Source: an uncultured Bacteroidales bacterium (GTDB taxonomy: Bacteria; Bacteroidota; Bacteroidia; Bacteroidales; VadinHA17). Taken from it: a stretch of 64,000 nt of DNA. The stretch's first letter is position 1; the number at the start of each line of letters is the position of its first letter. The notes beneath the pieces are model-generated. The model saw nothing but the letters and a program-made list of their open reading frames with translations. It searched no databases and had not been told where the DNA came from. The translations under genes and the position numbers were made by a program. The stretch covers positions 162,811-226,810 of the forward strand of contig CAWKJD010000003.1 in assembly GCA_963849945.1 (NCBI GenBank), read 5' to 3'. Below, one piece after another: positions 1 to 8,991 of this stretch.

Positions 1-6
1 GAGATC

Positions 7-828
7 ATGAGACGCTATGACTTTAAGGATAAGGTAGTGATTGTGACTGGTGCTTCGTCTGGAATAGGAAGGGCCACAGCACTTGAATTTGCACGCCATG
101 GCAGCAAGGTGGTCCTGGCAGCCAGGTCAGCTGATAAACTCCGCTCACTGCAGGATGAGATTACACAAATGGGAGCCGAATCACTGGCAGTACTTACCGA
201 TGTCTCTATAGAGGAAGACTGCCGCAGAATGGTGGAGGCGACCGTCAGAAAATTCGGCACAATACACATCCTCATCAACAATGCAGGTATCTCAATGAGA
301 GCTTCATTCGAGGAGGTTGATATGGCTGTGTTAAAACGACTTATGGATGTGAATTTTTGGGGCACTGTCTACTGCACCAGATATGCACTTCCATATGTTG
401 TCAGGAATAAAGGTTCAATAGTTGGCGTCTCTTCCACGGCAGGCTATCACGGGCTTCCTGGCCGCACCGGCTACTCAGCTTCAAAGTTCGCCATACATGG
501 CTTCCTTGAGACGGTGAGGATCGAATACATGACGCAGAAGCTACATGTGATGATAATCATGCCAGGATTTACAACCTCTGATATACGTAAACATGCCTTA
601 GTCGCGGACGGGTCTGAACAGGGCAATTCACCTAGGGAAGAGAAAAAAATGATGTCTGCTGAATATGTTGCAGCATGGGTTTTGAAGGGCATCAGGAAAA
701 GGAAAAGAAACAAGATAATGACCGTGTCCGGAAAATTCACAGCTTTGCTGCAAAGAATATTTCCAAAGACTATTGACTACATCTTTTTCCTTCTGATGAA
801 GAGAGAGCCCGATTCACCCATTAAATAA
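7..828 (+). CDS. short-chain dehydrogenase/reductase (SDR) family oxidoreductase
   Basis: 273-aa ORF; TGASSGIG cofactor motif near N-terminus and YSASK (Y-x3-K) catalytic motif. Confidence 0.85.
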   Translation: MRRYDFKDKVVIVTGASSGIGRATALEFARHGSKVVLAARSADKLRSLQDEITQMGAESLAVLTDVSIEEDCRRMVEATVRKFGTIHILINNAGISMRASFEEVDMAVLKRLMDVNFWGTVYCTRYALPYVVRNKGSIVGVSSTAGYHGLPGRTGYSASKFAIHGFLETVRIEYMTQKLHVMIIMPGFTTSDIRKHALVADGSEQGNSPREEKKMMSAEYVAAWVLKGIRKRKRNKIMTVSGKFTALLQRIFPKTIDYIFFLLMKREPDSPIK

Positions 829-833
829 AAGCC

Positions 834-3005
834 ATGCCAGACATAGAAGTACAGGTGCGCAATTTAAAGCGACAGGTGCTCAAATGCCTTCCGGGACCTG
901 CCTCGTACGCAGATAAGAAAGCTTTCGGACGAGCTGCCGACATAGCTGTCGCTTCTTATTCTTCCGGCAAGACTTACCTGGGAGAGCCGCTGGTAATATA
1001 CTATATGGAGCTTGCACGAATTACGGCGTGTGAGATAGGATTGGGATTACCGGCAGTTATCAGCGCGCTCCTTTCAGGCATCAGCCCGGGCAGCGAGGGG
1101 TGGAAGAGGATAGAAGACCTTAAAGACCCTGTTATCAAAAGCGTTATCACAGGATTATCCCGCGTGACCGCACTTAAAGGGAAGGACTTCACCGGACAGG
1201 CAGAGAACTTCCGCAAGCTTCTGCTTACACTGGCTGATGACGGAAGGGTGATTCTTATCGCGCTGGCAGAGAGGTTGCAGATAATGCGCCGGCTCAATAA
1301 ACTTCCTGATAAAGAGAGACTTCCAGTAGCTTCTGAAACATACTTCCTTTTTGCCCCGCTGGCTCACAGGCTGGGGTACTACAACATCAAATCGGAAATG
1401 GAAGACCTGGCCATGCAACTGATGGAGCCAGTCGAGTATAATGAAATTGATGCAAAACTGAAGCGTACCACCACCTCGAGGAACAGGCTGATCAGGGAGT
1501 TCTCGCAGCCACTGAAGGAGAGACTCGATGCGCTCGGATTGAAATATGAGCTAAAAAGCCGGACGAAGTCTGTACATTCTATCTGGCAAAAGATGAAGAG
1601 ACAGGGGGTGACCTTTGAAGAGGTTTTTGATATTTTCGCCATACGCATTATAATTGATACTGACCCTGCCCATGAGAAATCATCATGCTGGCAGGCCTAT
1701 TCGGTTGTCACGGACCTGTACCAGCCTGATCCGAGCCGGATGCGCGACTGGATCTCGGTACCGAAGACCAACGGTTATGAATCGTTGCATACGACTGTGG
1801 TCACCGGGGCAGGCAAGTGGGTGGAGGTCCAGATACGTACAAAGCGTATGGATGAGATTGCAGAAAAAGGTCTTGCCGCTCATTTCCGCTACAAAGGCTT
1901 GAAAGGTGAGGGAGGGCTCGATGCCTGGATGTCACAGATGCGTGAAGTACTGGGAACTGTAGACAAGGAGGGAGGCGACTTCCTGGGAGAAATAAGACCA
2001 GGACTCTATTCCGACGAGGTATTCGTTTTTACTCCCAAGGGAGAGGTTAAGCAGCTGCCCGCAGGGGCGACACTCCTCGATTTTGCCTTTGACATTCATA
2101 CTGAAGTAGGCTCAAAGTGCATCGGAGGCAAAATAAACGGACGCAATGTGCAGCTTAAACAAAAGCTGCAGAACGGTGACCATGTCTCTGTCATCACTTC
2201 TGTGAAACAGTCGCCCAAGCGCGACTGGCTTGCGTTTGTCATCACAAACAAGGCACGTTCAAAGATCAAGCTGGCTCTTAATGAGGAGAAGGTTAAGCTT
2301 GCTGCTGAAGGCAAGGAGATACTGACAAGAAGACTGAAGAACTGGAAGATCCCGTATGGTGATGCGACAGTTGTAAAGCTGCTTGAGGAATATGGCTTCA
2401 AGACATCGCAGGATCTGTATTTCAGCATTGCAGTAGGGGAAATTGACCTGCTTGATGCAAAGAAGGTGCTGCTGCGCTCTGAAGAGAGTAATGAGCCTGC
2501 AGCTGCAAAGTTACCGGAGACACATGAACGGGAGGAAACGTTTAAGGGGGGAAGTGATTATCTTGTTATAGATGAAAGGATTGAAGGACTGGACTACAAG
2601 CTTTCAAAGTGCTGCAATCCTGTGTTTGGTGACCGTATCTTCGGGTTTGTGACAGTACTCGAGGGGATAAAAATACACAGGGCTTCGTGTCCGAATGCTG
2701 ATTTTATGACGTCAAATTTCCCCTACAGGGTATTGCGTGCCAGATGGACGAGGCTTGACGCAGCCAGGGGTTTCCTGACCTCGGTAAAGCTGACGGGCAT
2801 TGAGAATCTGGGCATCGTCGCAAGAATAACCGATATACTGTCAGAATATAGGGTGTCGGTCAAGAATTTCACCTATAAAATGGACAACGGTCTTTTTGAG
2901 GGCAAGATCGATCTGCTTGTGCCAAATACCAATATGCTCTATGGCCTGATAAAAAAAATGCAGGCAGTAAAGGGCATAACCAAGGCTACCAGGATCGATA
3001 ATTAG
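834..3005 (+). CDS. relA: long RelA/SpoT-homolog (p)ppGpp synthetase; hydrolase (HD) domain looks degenerate
   Basis: 723-aa ORF; synthetase core (VHSIWQKMKRQ, FDIFAIRII, ESLHTTV), TGS segment (VFVFTPKGEVKQLPAGATLLDFAF), C-terminal ACT-like region; the N-terminal region lacks the usual His / His-Asp residues of the HD hydrolase. Confidence 0.85.
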   Translation: MPDIEVQVRNLKRQVLKCLPGPASYADKKAFGRAADIAVASYSSGKTYLGEPLVIYYMELARITACEIGLGLPAVISALLSGISPGSEGWKRIEDLKDPVIKSVITGLSRVTALKGKDFTGQAENFRKLLLTLADDGRVILIALAERLQIMRRLNKLPDKERLPVASETYFLFAPLAHRLGYYNIKSEMEDLAMQLMEPVEYNEIDAKLKRTTTSRNRLIREFSQPLKERLDALGLKYELKSRTKSVHSIWQKMKRQGVTFEEVFDIFAIRIIIDTDPAHEKSSCWQAYSVVTDLYQPDPSRMRDWISVPKTNGYESLHTTVVTGAGKWVEVQIRTKRMDEIAEKGLAAHFRYKGLKGEGGLDAWMSQMREVLGTVDKEGGDFLGEIRPGLYSDEVFVFTPKGEVKQLPAGATLLDFAFDIHTEVGSKCIGGKINGRNVQLKQKLQNGDHVSVITSVKQSPKRDWLAFVITNKARSKIKLALNEEKVKLAAEGKEILTRRLKNWKIPYGDATVVKLLEEYGFKTSQDLYFSIAVGEIDLLDAKKVLLRSEESNEPAAAKLPETHEREETFKGGSDYLVIDERIEGLDYKLSKCCNPVFGDRIFGFVTVLEGIKIHRASCPNADFMTSNFPYRVLRARWTRLDAARGFLTSVKLTGIENLGIVARITDILSEYRVSVKNFTYKMDNGLFEGKIDLLVPNTNMLYGLIKKMQAVKGITKATRIDN

Positions 3006-5959
3006 TACCTCGGGTCGGGGAGGACTGGCAGCCTGGCCATCTTTTCCACTTCAATACTTGTCGCGCCAAACTCATCAACCACTTTTCCCTGAATGAGATA
3101 AGTTCCGCTTCCGCGGAACGGCCAGCTTACCAGCGACTGAGGGAAGTGGGTTGTGTCGAAGAACTCGCCGCGGTTATCAATGAAGCACCCGAAGTTCATC
3201 CACTCCCTCTTAACGGTCTTAATATATTTCACTGTCACCAGGTGTCCTGCCATTTTTACCCTGCGGCCCACCATTTCCTTCATTTCCGATGCCATAACCT
3301 CGCCCCTGAACTTTGTCTGCAGCATGTCAAACCATGAGAGGGTCACGGGGAAGCCAAGCAGTTCAATTTCGTCATAGGCATCCTCGAGCTTCGTCTGCTC
3401 AAAGGGAGGCATCACATACTTTTTAGGTTCAGGGTTGAACAGTGTACGTGCCGTCTCGCTCTTCCCTTTGTTAATAAGCATGTGTGCATCCCAGAGCAAC
3501 AGCGCCTTGCTTTTTCCGGTGAACCTGAAAGCCCCGGTACGTATCAGGATAATGGTCTGTTCTATACCTGGACCGATGCGTGAGATAAAGTCACTAATAT
3601 CTTGATAGTCACCATTGTTATTGCGTTCAGTTATGATTTCATGCGCCAGGCTGTTTTCAAGTCCCGTGATATGTATCAGTCCCAGAAAAATACTCTTTCC
3701 GTATATAGTGGTTTTGTAGGTGCTCCGGTTGATGCATGGTGCTTCAATGACGGCGCCCTCACGTTTTGCCTCATGCACATAGACCCATGTCCGGTAAAAG
3801 CCTCCGAAATTATTGATGACGGCGACCATGAACTCGAGGGGGTAGTGGGCCTTCAGCCACAGGCTCTGGAAGCTCTCAACAGCGTAAGAGGCCGAGTGCG
3901 CCTTGGAGAATGAATAACCGGCGAACAATTCAATCTGGCGCCACACCTCCTTTGTTGTCTCTTCGGGGTAGCCCTTCTCGCGGCAGTTGGCGAAGAACCG
4001 GTCTGTGATCTTCATCATCTCCTGCCGCGAGCGGTGCTTGCCGCTCATGGCGCGGCGCAGTGTGTCGGCATCGGAGAGGTCGAGGCCCGCGAAGTGATGA
4101 CACACCTTCAGTACATCCTCCTGGTAGACCATCACCCCGAAGGTCTCACTGAGGAGATCCTTCATCAGGGGGTGGATATACTCAAATTTGCCGGGATTAT
4201 GGAAGCGGTAAATGAACTGGCGCATCATACCCGAGCGGGCCACGCCGGGCCTGATGACCGAGCTGGCAGCCACAAGTGTCAGGTAATCATCGCATCTGAG
4301 CTTCTGCAGCAGTCCGCGCATGGAAGGGCTCTCAATATAAAAGCATCCTTTTGCATCACCGCTTCGCAGATGCTCTTTCACCAGCGGGTCGTTCTTGAAC
4401 TGCTGTATGGCATGCACGTCGACGTCGACGCCGCGGTTGGCGCGTATGATCTCCGCGCTCTCCTTTATGTGGCCTATGCCTCTCTGGCTCAGTATGTCAA
4501 GCTTCTCGTAGCCCAGCTCCTCGGCGGTGTACATGTCCCACTGCGTGGTAGGGAACCCCTTGGGAGGCATGTCGAGAGCCGTGTAGCAGCAGACGGGGTC
4601 TTCGGATATAAGCACGCCGCCGGCATGTATGCTGCGCAGGTTGGGGAAGTCAGCAATTTTATTCCCCGTTTCAAATATGAGGTCAGGGATCTCTCCGCGG
4701 TTGCTCGCGGCAGAGGGATTGTCAATAAGGGCATCAATCTCATCAACCGGCAGTCCGTGCACCTTGCCCAGTTCTCTTACGATAGACTTGCCCCTGAAGG
4801 TGTTGATGGTGCCCAGCAGGGCGGTATGACGATGGCCATAACGCCTGAAGATATACTCGGTGACGGTGTCGCGTTCCTTCCATGAATAGTCTATGTCGAA
4901 GTCGGGCGGGGAGGTGCGTTTGGGGTTTATGAAGCGCTCAAAGTAAAGGTTTAGATCAATGGGGTCAACATTGGTGATTTTCAGGCAGTAAGCAACAACG
5001 GAATTGGCTCCGCTGCCGCGACCGACATGATAGAATCCGCAGGCCATGGAGTAGCGTATTATGTCCCATGTTATGAGGAAGTATGCAGAGAAGCCGAGGC
5101 GGTCGATGATCTCCAGTTCATGTCTCACCCGTTCTTCAGCGACCTTGTTGTTTGTGCCGTAGCGGTATTTCATCCCGTCCCATGCCAGCTTCTCGAGCAG
5201 CAGCTTGTCATCGTACCTGCTTGCCGAGTAGATCTTTTTGTTTTTGTGTGTGGTGAAGTCGATGCTCAGTGAGCAGTCGTTGAGCAGCCTGCGCGTGTTG
5301 TCGGTCACCCGGGGCCACATCTCAAAGGGACGGACAAGCTCATTCTCAGGGATGATCATCTCGTCGGGCGAGGCTGTCATGTGAGGCTCGAGGCGGCTGA
5401 GAAGGATGTTGTTATCGACGGCGCGCAGGCTGCGGTGCACAGGGTAGTCAGCCGGTGACTCTATCGTAACTGGCTGAAGGATAACACATTTAGATATTTG
5501 TTTCTTTGCCATGGAAACCAGCCTGCCGGCAGCAGAGGGGCGTATGCCGATGTACTCATTATCGTGCAGGACTGATGGGACGTCGCTGCCGGAATCGCCT
5601 GCGCTGCCGGAGGGGTAGATGACATAGGCGTTCGGGAAGGAGGGAGGGCGCAGGGGGAGAGGCTCGCCTTCGAAGTTATGTTGAGTGAGGAACTCGTTGA
5701 GTTCCCTGAAGCCGTCGTTGTTACGTGCAATTCCGATATATAGCAGTTTATTGTCACTGCGGAATTCTATTCCCGCTGCCGGGGTGATGTCGCGGCTGCC
5801 GCATTCGCGCACGAAGTCGGGCACGCCGGTGGTGTTGTTGATGTCGGTCAGCACCAGGCGCTGCGCGCCGGCAGCCGCGGCGAGCTCAGAAAGACGCTCG
5901 ACGGTTATGGTGCCGTAACGAAGGCTGTAATATGAGTGGCAATTAATGTACATTTCCAA
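3002..5959 (-). CDS. dnaE2: error-prone DNA polymerase III alpha-like subunit (DnaE2/ImuC type)
   Basis: 985-aa ORF; N-terminal PHP domain and pol III alpha core; shorter than replicative DnaE; start overlaps the stop of the upstream Y-family polymerase by 17 nt. Confidence 0.85.
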   Translation of the reverse strand: MEMYINCHSYYSLRYGTITVERLSELAAAAGAQRLVLTDINNTTGVPDFVRECGSRDITPAAGIEFRSDNKLLYIGIARNNDGFRELNEFLTQHNFEGEPLPLRPPSFPNAYVIYPSGSAGDSGSDVPSVLHDNEYIGIRPSAAGRLVSMAKKQISKCVILQPVTIESPADYPVHRSLRAVDNNILLSRLEPHMTASPDEMIIPENELVRPFEMWPRVTDNTRRLLNDCSLSIDFTTHKNKKIYSASRYDDKLLLEKLAWDGMKYRYGTNNKVAEERVRHELEIIDRLGFSAYFLITWDIIRYSMACGFYHVGRGSGANSVVAYCLKITNVDPIDLNLYFERFINPKRTSPPDFDIDYSWKERDTVTEYIFRRYGHRHTALLGTINTFRGKSIVRELGKVHGLPVDEIDALIDNPSAASNRGEIPDLIFETGNKIADFPNLRSIHAGGVLISEDPVCCYTALDMPPKGFPTTQWDMYTAEELGYEKLDILSQRGIGHIKESAEIIRANRGVDVDVHAIQQFKNDPLVKEHLRSGDAKGCFYIESPSMRGLLQKLRCDDYLTLVAASSVIRPGVARSGMMRQFIYRFHNPGKFEYIHPLMKDLLSETFGVMVYQEDVLKVCHHFAGLDLSDADTLRRAMSGKHRSRQEMMKITDRFFANCREKGYPEETTKEVWRQIELFAGYSFSKAHSASYAVESFQSLWLKAHYPLEFMVAVINNFGGFYRTWVYVHEAKREGAVIEAPCINRSTYKTTIYGKSIFLGLIHITGLENSLAHEIITERNNNGDYQDISDFISRIGPGIEQTIILIRTGAFRFTGKSKALLLWDAHMLINKGKSETARTLFNPEPKKYVMPPFEQTKLEDAYDEIELLGFPVTLSWFDMLQTKFRGEVMASEMKEMVGRRVKMAGHLVTVKYIKTVKREWMNFGCFIDNRGEFFDTTHFPQSLVSWPFRGSGTYLIQGKVVDEFGATSIEVEKMARLPVLPDPRY

Positions 5960-7130
5960 TCTCGCGCTCGCTGCGTTCCGCAGCGGTCATCACCCCGGCG
6001 GCCCTGCGTATGGCATGACGCCCGAAACGGCCCCTGAGCGTGTCCATGGTCATATAGAGGCTCACCATCTCGGGCGTGTCCTCGAACATGTCAAGCTGCT
6101 GCACCCCGCGCACCAGTCCGCTCACCCTCACACCTATCAGCCTGATGAGCATGCGCCGCTGCCAGAGACGGCGGAAGAGGCTCTGCGCCTCGTTGATGAG
6201 CACATGGTCGAAGGCGGTATAGGGTATGCGCTGCTGCAGCGTGTGCGTGTCGAAGTCGGAGTAGCGTATGCGCACCGTGATGCACGAGGCGAGCTTCTCC
6301 TGGCGGCGCAGCTCATAGGCCAGCTTCTCTGTCATGCTGACAATCAGCTGGCTGAGCATCACCGTGTCAGTGGTATCGCGATCAAAGGTGTGCTCGGTGC
6401 TGATCGACTTCTGTTCGGAGTAACTGATGACAGGCGAATTGTCTATGCCGTTGGCTTTCTTCCATATCTCCGTACCGTTCCGGCCCATGAGCGACTCAAG
6501 CATCTCCGCCGGTATGACACGCAGGGTGTGTACGGTTGAGATGCCCATAGAACGCAGAGTGTGATATGTCTTTTGTCCTATCATGGGTATCTTGCGTATA
6601 GAGAGCGGGTCAAGGAAGGGCAGGACATACTGCTGCGCCACCTCCTTCTCGCCGTTGGGCTTGGCCTCTCCGGCAGCGATCTTCGATACCGTCTTGTTAA
6701 CCGAGAGGCCTATGGAAATAGGCAGTCCCGTCTCTTTTATTATTGTGTTGCGCAGCTCATGTGACCACCGCGCACAGCCATAGAAACGCTCCATGCCGGT
6801 GAGGTCAATATAGTGCTCATCCACCGAAGCCTTCTCATACAGAGGGGACTTCTCAGCGATGATGTCAGTGACCATGCGAGAATATTTAGTGTACATCTCC
6901 ATGTCGCCGCGTATGAAGACTGCCTCGGGACACATTGCCCGGGCCATCTTCATCGGCATGGCCGAGTTTACGCCGAAGCTGCGTGCCTCGTAGCTGCAGC
7001 TCGACACCACACCGCGGTCGGAGCCGCCGCCGATGATTACCGGACGGCCGTTGAGCCGGCTGTCACGCACCCTCTCCACGGAGACAAAGAAGGTGTCGAG
7101 ATCAAGATGCAGTATGCTTCGGGAATCCAT
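5943..7130 (-). CDS. dinB: Y-family DNA polymerase (DinB/Pol IV-like) in the ImuB position of a mutagenesis cassette
   Basis: 395-aa ORF; LHLDLDTFFVSVE and SVDEHYIDLT motifs (catalytic Asp/Glu retained), little-finger-like C-terminus; operonic with dnaE2. Confidence 0.85.
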   Translation of the reverse strand: MDSRSILHLDLDTFFVSVERVRDSRLNGRPVIIGGGSDRGVVSSCSYEARSFGVNSAMPMKMARAMCPEAVFIRGDMEMYTKYSRMVTDIIAEKSPLYEKASVDEHYIDLTGMERFYGCARWSHELRNTIIKETGLPISIGLSVNKTVSKIAAGEAKPNGEKEVAQQYVLPFLDPLSIRKIPMIGQKTYHTLRSMGISTVHTLRVIPAEMLESLMGRNGTEIWKKANGIDNSPVISYSEQKSISTEHTFDRDTTDTVMLSQLIVSMTEKLAYELRRQEKLASCITVRIRYSDFDTHTLQQRIPYTAFDHVLINEAQSLFRRLWQRRMLIRLIGVRVSGLVRGVQQLDMFEDTPEMVSLYMTMDTLRGRFGRHAIRRAAGVMTAAERSEREIGNVH

Positions 7131-7154
7131 GGCAAAACATTTTAAGGCTTGTTT

Positions 7155-7337
7155 AAAGGTTGAAGGGTTGAAAGGTTGAAGGCGAAAGTTTCTCGTTCCT
7201 TGTTTGCCTTCGGCGAGCTCGGCTTTGCCTCGGTTCTTGTTCCTTGTTCCAGGGTTTCATAGTTTCAGAGCTTCTTATGGTTATCAGTTATCTGCTGTCT
7301 GTTATCGGTTCTATTCGCAAATCGCAAATCGCAAATT
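7155..7337. repeat. block of short tandem oligomer repeats: GGTTGAAR x3 at 7157-7182, GTTATC-like at 7279-7312, TCGCAAA x3 at 7315-7337
   Basis: Read directly; 7315-7337 is the perfect reverse complement of 8323-8345, and 7155-7184 is a near-perfect reverse complement of 8380-8408. Confidence 0.9.
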
Positions 7338-7398
7338 CCCTCGCCCCGGCTGCATTTTTTTTCATTTTTTCATTGTTATTTCAAAAATCAGTTTTATA

Positions 7399-7440
7399 TT
7401 TGATTAGAATTTAATCAAACTTATGATTACAATATAATCA
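7399..7440. promoter_or_regulatory. two adjacent palindromes, TTTGATTA-GAATT-TAATCAAA (7399-7419) and TGATTA-CAATA-TAATCA (7424-7440); candidate operators of the LexA-like repressor
   Basis: Same inverted-repeat half-sites (TGATTA/TAATCA, 5-nt spacer) occur twice within 55 nt upstream of the HTH-S24 repressor start, in the divergent promoter region shared with dinB-dnaE2. Confidence 0.5.
7416..7423 (-). promoter_or_regulatory. candidate Bacteroidota -7 box (TAagTTTG on minus strand) for dinB-dnaE2
   Basis: Plus strand reads CAAACTTA, which is TAAGTTTG on the minus strand and matches TAnnTTTG; overlaps palindrome 1; implies a 5' UTR of about 280 nt containing the oligomer repeats. Confidence 0.3.
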
Positions 7441-7451
7441 ATTTTTGTAAT

Positions 7452-8276
7452 ATGTATTTCGCATCGAACATAAAATTTTTAAGAAAACGTCGTGGACGTA
7501 CGCAGGACGACGTGGCATCGGCGCTGCAGATGAAGCGGCCGACGCTGAGCGGTTATGAGAATGGCGTGGCACAGCCTGGCATTGAGGCACTTGTGGCATT
7601 CTCAGGGTACTATAACATCTCTCTTGACACCATGCTTAAGATCGATCTGACCCACCTCTCCGCAAGCCAGCTGGGTGAACTCGAGAGAGGCTATGACGCA
7701 TATATTAAAGGCAGCAATCTCAGGGTGCTGACAACAACAGTGACACCTGATAACCGCGAGAACATTGAGCTGGTTAATGAGAAAGCCAGGGCTGGCTACA
7801 CCACCGGCTATGCCGATCCTGAGTTCATCAGCGACCTGCCTCTGTTTAACCTGCCGTTCCTGTCGCGTGAGCGCAAATACCGCACATTCCAACTCAGGGG
7901 TGACTCAATGCTGCCCATACCTGACAAATCGTGGGTGACGGGCGAATTCCTGCACGACTGGCATGATATAAAGAGCGGGAAGGCTTATATTATTCTTACG
8001 ACCGGTGACGGCATCGTCTTCAAGGTGGTGGAGAACAATATTGAAAAGAACGGCATGCTGGTCCTCTTCTCCCTCAATCCGCTCTATGAGCCCTATGAGG
8101 TTCATATAAATGATGTTAAGGAGATATGGAAGTTTGTGCATTACATAAGTGACGAGCTTCCGGAGCCGGTTCTGCCCGAAAAACAGCTCCTCCGCACCGT
8201 AGCCACCATGAAACAGGACCTGTACCAGCTTAAGAAAAGTATCGCGCGTGATATTCAGGATGCGACTGAACTGTAG
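7452..8276 (+). CDS. LexA-like repressor (XRE-type HTH plus S24 self-cleaving peptidase domain)
   Basis: 274-aa ORF; N-terminal HTH (RGRTQDDVASALQMKRPTLSGYENG), C-terminal S24 motifs (LRGDSMLP catalytic Ser, later GIVFKVV Lys); divergent from dinB-dnaE2. Confidence 0.8.
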   Translation: MYFASNIKFLRKRRGRTQDDVASALQMKRPTLSGYENGVAQPGIEALVAFSGYYNISLDTMLKIDLTHLSASQLGELERGYDAYIKGSNLRVLTTTVTPDNRENIELVNEKARAGYTTGYADPEFISDLPLFNLPFLSRERKYRTFQLRGDSMLPIPDKSWVTGEFLHDWHDIKSGKAYIILTTGDGIVFKVVENNIEKNGMLVLFSLNPLYEPYEVHINDVKEIWKFVHYISDELPEPVLPEKQLLRTVATMKQDLYQLKKSIARDIQDATEL

Positions 8277-8282
8277 AATTAG

Positions 8283-8432
8283 ATAATTATGAATTAAGAA
8301 TTAAGATTTAAGAATTCATCTGAATTTGCGATTTGCGATTTGCGATTGTCGATTGTTGCAGATTTGCTCCTTTTCGTGACCTTTCAACCTTTCAACCCCT
8401 CAACTCTTAAACAACTTCAGGCCTTCAGACTG
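8283..8432. repeat. block of short tandem oligomer repeats: GAATTAAGA-like at 8291-8317, ATTTGCG x3 plus ATTGTCG x2 at 8323-8355, CTTTCAAC x3 at 8380-8408, CTTCAG-like at 8410-8432
   Basis: Read directly; mirror image (reverse complement, nested order) of the block at 7155-7337. Confidence 0.9.
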
Positions 8433-8512
8433 TCCTTTTCCAAAAGGTTATTGCACTATGAAATTTATGGACTTTTTCTTCGTTTGATTAAGAAGCAATT
8501 CATTTAGAATCT

Positions 8513-8950
8513 ATGCCCGGAAAAGACTATAACCCCGCCATGCACACCGCTGAACATATCCTCAACTCGGTGATGGATAAGATGTTCCATTGCGGCCGTT
8601 CATTTAACAGCCACATTGAGGAGAAAAAGAGCAAATGCGATTACAGGATAAGGAGGGTAATGACAGACAAGGACATTGCTGCTGTGGAACGAACAGTCAA
8701 TGAGATAATTAAATTGAATATTCCGGTGGGAGAGGAGTTTGTCAGCAGGAGGGAGGCGGACGAAAAATACTTTACAGGAAAGTTACCCGATGATGCCGGA
8801 GAAAGGATCCGCGTCATCACTATCGGTAATTTTGATGCATGCCCGTGTATCGGACAGCATGTCACAAATACATCAGATATCGGTTTGTTCTCGGTAACCT
8901 CAACAGACCATAATGAGGACGTTCTGAGAATCAGGTTTACTATCAGGTAA
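8513..8950 (+). CDS. AlaX-like tRNA editing domain protein (Thr/Ala-tRNA synthetase second additional domain)
   Basis: 145-aa ORF; HTAEH (HxxxH) and CPCIGQH (CxxxH) zinc-binding motifs typical of AlaX/ThrRS editing domains. Confidence 0.7.
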   Translation: MPGKDYNPAMHTAEHILNSVMDKMFHCGRSFNSHIEEKKSKCDYRIRRVMTDKDIAAVERTVNEIIKLNIPVGEEFVSRREADEKYFTGKLPDDAGERIRVITIGNFDACPCIGQHVTNTSDIGLFSVTSTDHNEDVLRIRFTIR

Positions 8951-8960
8951 CTGCAAGACA

Positions 8961-8991
8961 AAAAAACCGGCTTTCGCCGGTTTCTTTTTTT
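8961..8991. terminator. bidirectional rho-independent terminator between convergent genes
   Basis: AAAAAACCGGC-TTTC-GCCGGTTTCTTTTTTT hairpin flanked by A-run and T-run. Confidence 0.75.

Noticed and set aside
3002-3005. Convergent overlap of the relA and dnaE2 stop codons (TTAG)
   Set aside because: A 4-nt stop-stop overlap of convergent genes is common in compact genomes, and there is no evidence of functional significance.
4034-4885. 283-aa plus-strand ORF inside dnaE2, plus similar antisense ORFs at 5946-6539, 16707-17228, 33395-34036, 36767-37342, 56307-56960 and 62680-63183
   Set aside because: All lie antisense to long ORFs with clear family motifs, and none has motifs of its own. They are treated as shadow ORFs.
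7204-7407. 67-aa ORF in the dinB / lexA-like intergenic region
   Set aside because: It is composed of the tandem oligomer repeats and promoter DNA. It has no start context or motif and is better explained as non-coding.
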